Positions 1 through 7,177 of a stretch of DNA of 11,381 nt are shown here, one piece after another. Positions within the stretch are counted from its first letter, which is position 1. The number at the start of each line of letters is the position of its first letter. The notes under the pieces were generated by a model that ran no database searches, was not told where the DNA came from, and saw only the letters and a program-made list of their open reading frames with translations. The translations under genes were made by a program, and so were the position numbers. Source of the stretch: Myxococcota bacterium (GTDB taxonomy: Bacteria > Myxococcota_A > UBA796 > GCA-2862545); the NCBI GenBank assembly GCA_039208735.1, contig JBCCQY010000229.1:1-11381 (forward strand). The letters are read 5' to 3'.

Positions 1-559
1 ACCGCGCCGCGTTGCGCCGAGGCGAGGTCCGATCTGGTCGTCTACGAACGCGACGGCCGTTGGTTCCAACTGAAGATCGACAGCAGCGGTCCTCAGGACT
101 TTCGCCTGTTGGGCCTTGGGACCATGCTGCTGCTGCTGGCCGTCGCGGTCATCCTGCCCCTGTTGTCCCTCCATCGCCAACTTGGCGCGCTGGGGGATGC
201 GGCGAGGCGGCTGGGCGAAGGAGACACCCGAGCGAGGGTGGCGCTCATTGCGGGCGGGAGGCCCGTGCATCCGGTCGCAGAACAGGTCAATCGCATGGCC
301 CAGGAGATCGAGGATGCCCTCGCCCGCAATCAGGAGCTGCTGCGCTCGGTCGCCCATGAGATGCGGACGCCCTTGTCACGATTGGTGTTGGCCCTCGACC
401 TGTTGCAGGAGGACACGCCGGAGGCGCGGGCGACCCGAATCGCCAAACTGCATCGGCGACGCGAGGCTCGTCACGCGGGCCATCGGGGGCACGGCCACGA
501 ACGAGGCGTCCCCCGACCACGGCACGCGGGTGCGCCTGGATTGGCCGAAAGCAGATTAG
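1..559 (+). pseudogene. Sensor histidine kinase (TM-HAMP-HisKA), 5'-partial, with internal deletion/frameshift removing most of the HATPase_c domain
   Basis: Frame 1 is open from base 1. It gives a TM helix (LLGLGTMLLLLAVAVILPLL), a HAMP-like segment (LGDAARRLGEGD...VNRMAQEIE) and an H-box ELLRSVAHEMRTPLSRL (His codon 355-357). Near 450 the similarity moves to frame 2, IGDARLVTRAIGGTATNEASPDHGTRVRLDWPKAD*, which resembles a kinase C-terminal tail. No N, G1, F or G2 boxes are present. Confidence 0.8.
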
Positions 560-1473
560 TCAGGCGTTTCCACGGCCTTCAAGACCTGATCGCGTAGCCA
601 TCGGTTGGCTGGCTCGCGCTCACTGCGCTCGTGCCACACCATCCATACCGGAAACTGGGCCTGCACCAAGGGATGGTCCATCACCTGGAGGTTGCGAGAG
701 GCCTCTGGGCTACGCAAGAACCGGGTGGGGCCCGACAACAGCAGATCGGTGGCTCGGGTCGCGGCGAGAGCGAGCGGAAAGGTAGGCACCTGCATCGCGA
801 TGCGTCGTTCGAGGCCTTGACGGGCGAGTTGATCATCGACGCGGGTCGTTTCGCGGGCGGAACTCCGGGTGACGATGATGTGATCGGCAGCCACGAACTG
901 TTCGAGTGAAATCTCACCTTGAATCTCCGGATGGCCTTGGCGAGCTACCACGGCGTAGTCCTGGTCGTAGAGCATTTGGCTGTGGATACCTGGGTACTCG
1001 CCAAACCCCATTCCGATCCCAAGGTCGATCTCTCCAGCTTCCAAGCGGTCTTGGTAGGGTCGCAAGCCCAGCTGGCTCAATCGCAACCGCACGCCAGGCG
1101 CCTGCTGTGCCAGACGTGTCTGCAGCGGGAGAATGGTGGTGTAGAACGTCGAATCCGCCGTGGCGATGGAAAATCCCCGCGTGGCGGTGCTCGGCTCGAA
1201 GTGACCCGGCGCCAAGGCGCGTTCCATGGCCTCGAGGGCGGCTCGAACCTTCGGGGCGAGTTCCTCCCCTCGGGCGGTGCGCACCATCCCCTGGGGCCCC
1301 CGCACCAGCAACGGATCGTCGAGCAGATCGCGAAGCTGCCGCAGCGTGTAGCTCATCGCGGATTGCGTCACCCCCAGCCGGGCCGCGGCTCGCGTCACAT
1401 GCCGCTCCTGAAGAACGGCATCGAGGGCCGGCAGCAGGTTCAGGTTGATGGCCGAAAGGCGTAGCTGTGCCAT
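556..1473 (-). CDS. LysR-family transcriptional regulator (NodD/DntR-like substrate-binding domain), 305 aa
   Basis: N-terminal HTH INLNLLPALDAVLQERHVTRAAARLGVTQSAMSYTLRQLRDLLDDPLLVR and C-terminal WHERSEREPANRWLRDQV. The start is placed at ATG 1473 (MAQLRL) rather than 1548 because that matches normal LysR length. Confidence 0.95.
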   Translation of the reverse strand: MAQLRLSAINLNLLPALDAVLQERHVTRAAARLGVTQSAMSYTLRQLRDLLDDPLLVRGPQGMVRTARGEELAPKVRAALEAMERALAPGHFEPSTATRGFSIATADSTFYTTILPLQTRLAQQAPGVRLRLSQLGLRPYQDRLEAGEIDLGIGMGFGEYPGIHSQMLYDQDYAVVARQGHPEIQGEISLEQFVAADHIIVTRSSARETTRVDDQLARQGLERRIAMQVPTFPLALAATRATDLLLSGPTRFLRSPEASRNLQVMDHPLVQAQFPVWMVWHERSEREPANRWLRDQVLKAVETPD

Positions 1474-1480
1474 CACCGGA

Positions 1481-1512
1481 GTGTACATGAGCGACACCCA
1501 TGTGCACATGGG
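1481..1512. promoter_or_regulatory. Putative LysR binding site (T-N11-A dyad) plus an overlapping perfect 16-bp palindrome in the divergent promoter region
   Basis: GTGTACATG-N9-CATGTGCAC (1481-1507, 8/9 arm match, T1488-N11-A1500). CCCATGTGCACATGGG (1497-1512) is a perfect palindrome. Confidence 0.65.
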
Positions 1513-1570
1513 AACGTTCGATTGGTCCTGTACTTCGGCGGAGTGCATCTTGGACTCACAAGGAGTTCAG

Positions 1571-2566
1571 ATGCAACCGCATGGAACCGCACTCGTCACC
1601 GGAGCCAACTCCGGGCTCGGATTCGAAGCCGCCGCACAGCTAGCGGAGCAAGGCTACGACCGCGTGATCCTCGCGTGTCGGACGCTCGAGAAGGCCGAGG
1701 CCGCACGTCGTGAATTGGTCGAACGCGTGGGTGTCGATCCCTTCGACACGCTCGCCATCGATGTCGCTGACATCGCCTCCTCGAATGCCGCCGCAGAGGT
1801 CCTCATCGAGCGAGGCCATTCGTTGGATGCGCTTCTTCTCAACGCGGGCCTGGTGCCTGGGGACTCGTTGACCCACTCGGTCGACGGTTTCGAGATGTCC
1901 TTTGCCGCCTCGGTCGTGGGGCACCACGTGCTGACCATGCGCCTGCTCGAGGCTGGCTTGCTCAAGGGCGCCCGCATCGTCATCGCAGGGTCCGAGGTGG
2001 CCAACAACGATCTGCCATCGATGATGGGCATGGCGGTCTACGACTTCGTCACGGGTGCGCCAAGGGAGTTTGGCAAGACCTTGCGCGAAGCGATGACCGC
2101 GTTCGCGCGTGGAGAGAAGCCCGAAGCTTACGTGGGGACCCGGACCTATTCGACCACGAAGGTCTTCAGTGCCTGGTGGTCTGCCGCGCTGGCCCGTCGC
2201 GTAGGCGACCAGCTGTCGGTCTTCACGGTGTCGCCAGGGTCGAACCTTTCGACCAATGCCGCTCGGAACACCAAGGGCATCCAGCGCTTCCTCTTTACGA
2301 AGGTGATGCCCGCGATCGGCTCGCTCATCGGCTGGGATCAACCGGTGGCCTCGGGCGCCCGTCGGTACCTCGACGTGCTGCATGGCGGCGATGCCTTCGT
2401 CAGTGGCCGGACCTACACGTCCGCTCCGCGCAAGATGGTCGGCCCGCTGCATGAAGTGACGATGCTCCACATCAACGACGTGGAACGCCAGGAAACCGCT
2501 TGGGATGTCCTGTGTGCGCTCACCGAAGCCACCGTCCCCGCCTACCCCGACACGGCGACCGCCTAA
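1571..2566 (+). CDS. Short-chain dehydrogenase/reductase (classical SDR, retinol dehydrogenase/protochlorophyllide reductase-like), 331 aa
   Basis: TGANSGLG Rossmann motif, ILACRT (Arg suggests NADP(H)), LLNAG, catalytic YSTTK and VSPG. RBS AGGAG at 1561-1565 precedes ATG 1571. Confidence 0.93.
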   Translation: MQPHGTALVTGANSGLGFEAAAQLAEQGYDRVILACRTLEKAEAARRELVERVGVDPFDTLAIDVADIASSNAAAEVLIERGHSLDALLLNAGLVPGDSLTHSVDGFEMSFAASVVGHHVLTMRLLEAGLLKGARIVIAGSEVANNDLPSMMGMAVYDFVTGAPREFGKTLREAMTAFARGEKPEAYVGTRTYSTTKVFSAWWSAALARRVGDQLSVFTVSPGSNLSTNAARNTKGIQRFLFTKVMPAIGSLIGWDQPVASGARRYLDVLHGGDAFVSGRTYTSAPRKMVGPLHEVTMLHINDVERQETAWDVLCALTEATVPAYPDTATA

Positions 2567-2597
2567 CCCCACCCCTCACAAACAACGGGAGAGACCC

Positions 2598-2972
2598 ATG
2601 GATCTCGTCATGCAAGGACTCGTCGGCGCGATGTCGGTGATGGTACTCGGCCTCGGTGCAACCTCGATGTTCGCCCCAAAGGCCATGATTGGCAACTTCG
2701 CCATCGAGCCGCAGGGCCGCGCGGGCTTGAACACCATTCGCGGGGTCATCGGTGGATTGTTCATCGCCTGCCTCGGCATGCTCGCGGCCGGCCTCGTCAC
2801 CGGTGAAACCCTGTGGTTCTTGGCCGTCGCAGCGGTGTTTGGTGTGATCGCCCTCGGTCGAGTGGTCGGGCTTCTGTTCGACGGCCTGGACCGGACCGTG
2901 ATTCCTCCATTGCTGCTGGAGCTTGTCTTCACCGGCATCCTGGTGGGCGCGCATGCCCAGCTGGGGGCTTGA
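2598..2972 (+). CDS. DUF4345-like small integral membrane protein (about 4 TM), 124 aa
   Basis: Four hydrophobic stretches with family-like motifs (NTIRGVIGG, LGRVVGLLFDG, LLELV). A GGGAGAG RBS precedes ATG 2598, 31 nt after the SDR stop. Confidence 0.8.
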   Translation: MDLVMQGLVGAMSVMVLGLGATSMFAPKAMIGNFAIEPQGRAGLNTIRGVIGGLFIACLGMLAAGLVTGETLWFLAVAAVFGVIALGRVVGLLFDGLDRTVIPPLLLELVFTGILVGAHAQLGA

Positions 2973-3021
2973 ACGCCATCTCATCGGGCCCCTGTGTCCT
3001 CGCGACGGCCTGACGACCCGG

Positions 3022-3237
3022 TCAGCGTTGCGCGGCGGACCGCTCGAGCCCATCGAGGATGAGGTCCAACACGAAGCCGAACTCGTCGTGGTCATCGTGC
3101 TCACCGAGATGGGCCCTGACGTGCTCCGCCATGTAGGGCATGTCGTTCCCCAGACCGTCAAGAAACTCGTTCGCGACCCGTTCGAAGTCCCCGTTCACGA
3201 AGTGCTGGTAGGCCACCTGTTGTAGCGTGAAGCCTAC
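3022..3237 (-). pseudogene. TetR/AcrR-family regulator, C-terminal (TetR_C) fragment only
   Basis: VGFTLQQ...FLDGL...PYMAEH...DEFGFVLDLILDGLER is a typical TetR_C end. No HTH lies upstream. Confidence 0.75.
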
Positions 3238-3246
3238 GGGCTTCGC

Positions 3247-3357
3247 GTGGCCCAGCCCGCCTATGCCGCCAGCACGTTCCCCAACCTGACCACCGCCACG
3301 CTGCAAGGTGGGGGCCATTTCGTGCAGGAAGATGTGCCCAATGCGTTGGCCACCGCA
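3247..3357 (+). pseudogene. Alpha/beta-hydrolase (haloalkane dehalogenase-like) C-terminal fragment
   Basis: AYAASTFPNLTTATLQGGGHFVQEDVPNALATA carries the GxHFxQED.P catalytic-His motif (His codon 3316-3318). The rest of the enzyme is absent. Confidence 0.65.
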
Positions 3358-3472
3358 CCTGACCAGCTCGAATCACTCGCATGGGCGCTACAGCACCGGT
3401 TGCGGTGGTGGGTGCCGGCACAGCGCTGGGCCGCCGAGCGCCGCATCTTCCCGCCCTCTGGGCTTGTCTCGT

Positions 3473-3943
3473 TTAGAGAAACTGATCCTCGGTACCAACC
3501 TGCAAGCACACCGTGGCCCCTTCAACATCACCTCGAGGAATGGCCAAGACCAACACAACGTGGACAGCCGCGTCGCACACCGGCCCACCTCCCCAGCTGT
3601 CGTCGAAGACCCGCACCTCGACGTGGGGCTGGCCATCGGTCGACCAGACCTGCCAATCGTAAATGCCCGCCTCGCACGAGGCCGTGGACGAGTAGGTCAC
3701 AAACACGGCAATCTCGCTCTCGAATTCGACCGACGCCTCGCTGGTTCGGACCTTGTGAAGACGGAGGAACTTAGCCAACGTGGCCGGGTCATCGGTCCAC
3801 GTGACCCCCTGAAGTTGTTCGTAGTATTCGTAGCGCGACAGCGACGACGCGACAGACCTGAGCCCCAAATGCGACGGTGGAGGGCTGCTCTCGTGGGTCG
3901 ACGCACTGTCGTTCGCTCGCGTCCCTAGACGCCATCGAGGCAT
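3473..3943 (-). CDS. Hypothetical protein, beta-rich C-terminal domain reminiscent of PrcB_C-like domains; probably 5'-truncated
   Basis: Protein-like sequence VEFESEIAVFVTYSSTASC...VCDAAVHVVLVLAIPRG with a Cys pair. Sequence upstream of about 3945 belongs to the IS5 remnant. The start is uncertain. Confidence 0.5.
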   Translation of the reverse strand: MPRWRLGTRANDSASTHESSPPPSHLGLRSVASSLSRYEYYEQLQGVTWTDDPATLAKFLRLHKVRTSEASVEFESEIAVFVTYSSTASCEAGIYDWQVWSTDGQPHVEVRVFDDSWGGGPVCDAAVHVVLVLAIPRGDVEGATVCLQVGTEDQFL

Positions 3944-3946
3944 AAG

Positions 3947-4146
3947 GCCTTCTTCCCGCTGAAGTCCAATTTTGGAGGTCGGATCCGAGCGCGAAATGCA
4001 CAGGCGCAACGAGCGGAGGTCGTCACCTCCTGCCGCCTTCTCAATCGCATGGCGGAACTGGGCCTCCCACGATCGGCCCCGATCTCAGCCTGATTTCATG
4101 CCGAGTCGGCAATTGTGGCTCGATGGTCGAACCGTGCAACAGCGCC
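3947..4146 (+). mobile_element. IS5-family (IS903 group) remnant: transposase C-terminus (3947-4093) and right terminal IR
   Basis: Not in the ORF track. Manual translation gives AFFPLKSNFGGRIRARNAQAQRAEVVTSCRLLNRMAELGLPRSAPISA*, matching the group's GxRLRAR...Q..E...LNRM..LG.P.S tail. It ends in TGCAACAGCGCC (4135-4146), similar to the IS903-type end CAACAAAGCC. Confidence 0.75.
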
Positions 4147-4334
4147 CATGATGAGCGAGACCTGGACAGTCAGCGAGGTCATTGCGGCGTCGGGGGCTTC
4201 GAGTGCAAGAAGGGTTGGAATTGGCAAACCCTGATCACCCGATGTGCCCCTTTCTTCCACTCATGCGGTCAGCTTCTGGTTCGTTCCTCCTGACGGAGGC
4301 CCGGCTGCACCCAACCAAACTGGGCTTTGGAGAG

Positions 4335-4934
4335 TCAGGATCCCCGGAGCGTCGCGAGGAGCCGGCGCTGGGCGGCGCTGACCGTGGGCTCCACTGTCAG
4401 CTCGATGAGCAGTGATAGGTCGATGCCTGGGAAGGCAACGCTCGAGTCGGTCCGGGAGTAGCCCTCGGAGTCGAGGATGTGCACCTCGATGACCCCCCGG
4501 CGCCAGAACCAGACCTCGGGTACGGCGAATCTCTGATAGATTGCGAACTTGTCGAGCGAACCCGCCGTCCAGATGACCTCGATCGCGACGTCGGGTCGCT
4601 CGCGCTCGAGTTCGCCGAGCTGGTAGCACTCATCGGGCTCGATGCCCGCGTCGGCCGCACGCGCTTCGAGGGTCCAAGAGCCGAGTGGCACGATGTCGAT
4701 CCCGCGCTCGAGGCACCACGTCTCGACAAGAGCTCCGAGGTACGACTTGATGCGCTCATGGTGGCGAGAAGGGCTCATGAGCTCCATCACTCCGTCGAGG
4801 TATGCGAGCTTGGGATAGCGCCGCTCTCCCTTCGCCTCCGTCAGTCGGACCCAGTCCGACCACCGGAGGCCGGTGAACAACACACGCTGTTCAAGGGCTT
4901 TGGACTCTTCGCGCTGGACGGACGTGGCCGGCAT
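4335..4934 (-). CDS. Uma2-family (DUF820) PD-(D/E)XK-fold putative endonuclease, 199 aa
   Basis: YLDGVMELMSPSRHHERIK, GSWT, EPDECY, PDVAIEV, DKFAIY...VPEVWFW, FPGIDL motifs in an uninterrupted ORF. Confidence 0.92.
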   Translation of the reverse strand: MPATSVQREESKALEQRVLFTGLRWSDWVRLTEAKGERRYPKLAYLDGVMELMSPSRHHERIKSYLGALVETWCLERGIDIVPLGSWTLEARAADAGIEPDECYQLGELERERPDVAIEVIWTAGSLDKFAIYQRFAVPEVWFWRRGVIEVHILDSEGYSRTDSSVAFPGIDLSLLIELTVEPTVSAAQRRLLATLRGS

Positions 4935-5187
4935 GAAACCGACCTATCGCGGGGATTCACCCAGGGCGACCGACGCCATGCGACGCGACTCGCCGGCGGC
5001 GGGAGGCCGGAGCGCCCCGATGACATTCTGCTGGCCGCGCTGATCGAAGTGTGAAGGGTGTTCAATCTGGTTTCGATCGACTCCCCACCACGAACCGCGC
5101 AAGACCGAGTATCAAGGCCTGTTGATTCGGCTTTCGACGGGGTTGACGATTGCTCCGCTCCTCCGGCGTGCCGTTCGCCCAACCGCT

Positions 5188-5292
5188 TTGCCGAGGGTCA
5201 CTCCGGCGGAGCGCGCCGCGAGGTGGGCAGCGATGATCGATGGCGAGGCCATCAAGACGAGGGCTGACCTGGCCCGTCACCTGGCGTGAGAG
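5188..5292 (+). pseudogene. Helix-turn-helix protein remnant of the type found beside serine recombinases
   Basis: Manual translation LPRVTPAERAARWAAMIDGEAIKTRADLARHL then GCG TGA. Adding one G at about 5284 gives LGV, matching the ADLARxLGVSR HTH pattern. Confidence 0.45.
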
Positions 5293-5334
5293 ACGACGAC
5301 GACGAATGCCCCGACCCGGGGTGTGCAGTGAGTT

Positions 5335-5360
5335 TGATTGCGATGATTGCGATGATTACG
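5335..5360 (+). repeat. Three tandem 9-bp direct repeats (TGATTGCGA x2, TGATTACG), putative antitoxin operator
   Basis: Read directly at 5335-5343, 5344-5352 and 5353-5360, ending 12 nt before the RBS of the RHH gene. Confidence 0.6.
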
Positions 5361-5382
5361 TTGAAAGCAGCCAGGAGTCTTG

Positions 5383-5655
5383 GTGGCAAGCATCACCATC
5401 CGCAATCTCGATCAGGCAACCAAGGAACTGCTTCGGGTGCGGGCTGCGACTCACGGTCGTTCGATGGAGGAGGAGGCCCGTGACATTCTTCGGGTTGCCC
5501 TGAGCGCCGAGGAGTCGCGGGTCGATCTGTTCTCGGCGATACGTCGACGTTTCGCTCCTGCCTCGGGCAGGTGCCTGCTCGCTTCGCAGCAGAACGGCAG
5601 CGCTAACTCGATCCATTTCTATACCGGCCTGCTCACCTGCGGCGAAACCCCCTAG
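5383..5655 (+). CDS. FitA-like ribbon-helix-helix antitoxin (plasmid stabilization type) with aberrant C-terminus and no toxin partner
   Basis: MASITIRNLDQATKELLRVRAATHGRSMEEEARDILRVAL...AIRRRFAP. GTG start 5383 follows AGGAG (5373-5377). The sequence departs from the family pattern after FAP (about 5560). Confidence 0.8.
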   Translation: MASITIRNLDQATKELLRVRAATHGRSMEEEARDILRVALSAEESRVDLFSAIRRRFAPASGRCLLASQQNGSANSIHFYTGLLTCGETP

Positions 5656-5733
5656 AGTGTGTGGTTCGCCAAGCCGACCCAAGGTTAACACAGGTTCATC
5701 TAATGAGATCTTCCGTTGTCCATGGGCAAGGTT

Positions 5734-6419
5734 TCACTCCGGGTCAGCGTGCCCTAGCGTCCCCTTCAACGTACGACGCTTCCCTGACCGAAGAACCTCG
5801 AGTGCGAAATCCTCGCCGGGTTTCATTCGTGCGATCAGGAGCCGAAACCGGGTTGCTTCTCGAATCGAAGCCCCTTGGAAGCCGACGACGATGTCGTTCG
5901 TGAGTAGTCCCATGTCAGCCGCCGGCGACTCCCGGACCACACCCTCCACCCGGATTCCCTCCGAGATCTCAAGGTTGCGGAGCATGGTCTTGTCGACGTC
6001 GACGACAACGGCGCAGAGCCAACCTCGATTCACGACCCCATCCTCGAGGATGTCCTCCACGACTTCAACCACCATCGAGACCGGAATGGAAAAACCGATC
6101 CCCTGCGATCCGCCGGTCTTGGTGAAGATGGCGGTATTGATCCCGACGAGGGCTCCGTCGAGATCGACGAGGGCTCCCCCAGAATTTCCAGGATTGATCG
6201 AAGCATCGGTCTGAATGAAGTCTTCGTATCGAACCATCCCGAGGTTGGTTCGGCCCTTGGCGCTGATGACTGCACGGCCCGCTCCGCAAGGTCTGGCAAC
6301 CGCGACGCCAACCCGACGCTCGAGCCGTCTTCGGTGGGCGAACGGTCCGGCGGAGCAGCCCGCGCGGGCGCCACGGCAAACCAACCGAACATCACAAGTG
6401 CGAGCTTCGAGCCGAACAA
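5734..6419 (-). pseudogene. HtrA/DegP-family serine protease with one PDZ domain; internal deletion plus frameshift
   Basis: TTG 6419 (GAGGT upstream) gives a signal peptide ending ARA and then [11 protein letters not shown]. Near 6265-6272 it jumps to another frame: ISAKGR...[17 protein letters not shown]...GIGFSIP...RGWL...PDZ (SPAADMGL). The TNxHV and D-containing segments are missing. Confidence 0.85.
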
Positions 6420-6474
6420 GTGCGCACCTCACGAGCGATGAGGTCGCATTAACGAAAGTGCAGGTCCGACTGGC

Positions 6475-7137
6475 TCAGGGGTCCAAGTCGTGCACGGATT
6501 GTTCAATGGCCACGGTGGGCTGGAAGAGGTGCTCCGTCGATGTGGGATGCGGGATCATGTGGTTGCCCCCGCCCCAGTCGGCCTGGACAAGCCGTGCGTC
6601 CGCATCCACCCACATCACAAGTTCCCCGCCGTTTTGGCGCACCAGCGTCACGGGATGGGCGACGAACTCACCCTCGGGAAGCGCCACCGTCACTGCGCCG
6701 CCAACACGCATCATCAGCTCCCCGTCGGGCGCGAACCCTCGCCCGTCGTTGTGGTCGGCGAAGGTTCGCGTCACCCCCTCCTCGAGCAGCATTCGCGTGG
6801 CGATGACGAAGCTCATCCCGCCCACAGCTCGATCGTCGACGGGCCGATCGATGGCCATGTCGCCGTCGGACGTGCGGTGGGTCCCGACCCAGCGCTCGCC
6901 GCGGCGTTCGACCGTCGCGACGCCGCCGGGAGCATCGTAGCTTCCCGAAGTCATCCGATCGTCGGCATCGAACACCGCGGAACGGCCTTCCTCATAGGTG
7001 AAATCAGGAAAGGCGAGCTTTAGCGTTCACGAGAAGCGCTGGGCGCCATTACCGATGTCCTCGACGACCAAGCGAGCGTAGCCCTGCGGCGCGCCCTCGG
7101 GGTTCTGCATCGCGTACCAGTAGCCGCCGCGCTTCAT
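6475..7137 (-). pseudogene. Uncharacterised beta-rich protein (220 codons) interrupted by one in-frame TGA at codon 37
   Basis: ATG 7137 with GGAG 7 nt upstream. MKRGGYWY...QRFS-TGA(7029-7027)-TLKLAFPDFTYEEGRSAV continues in the same frame into the 6475..6975 ORF. Confidence 0.6.
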
Positions 7138-7177
7138 GGATGACTCCGTCGATGTCACGCGACCGGTGTACAGGACT

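Noticed and set aside
1445..1570. N-terminal extensions of the SDR (from 1445) and LysR (from 1548) in the ORF track
   Set aside because: They would overlap each other and cover the operator. The RBS and domain starts favour 1571 and 1473.
1640..2572. 310-aa minus-strand ORF
   Set aside because: Antisense shadow of the SDR gene, common in GC-rich DNA, with no recognisable motifs.
3247..3774. 175-aa ORF as a full gene
   Set aside because: Only the first 37 or so residues resemble a hydrolase. The rest is Arg/Pro-rich read-through antisense to the 3473-3943 ORF.
4147..4334. Short ORFs between the IS5 end and the Uma2 gene
   Set aside because: No RBS, motif or consistent codon bias that I can identify.
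5055..5100. tRNA-derived att site near GACTCCCCACCA
   Set aside because: No T-arm (GGTTCGAATCC-like) or cloverleaf can be built, so the similarity is too short to support.
5335..5360. Repeats as a CRISPR array or iterons
   Set aside because: The units are only 9 bp with no spacers, and no cas or rep gene is nearby.
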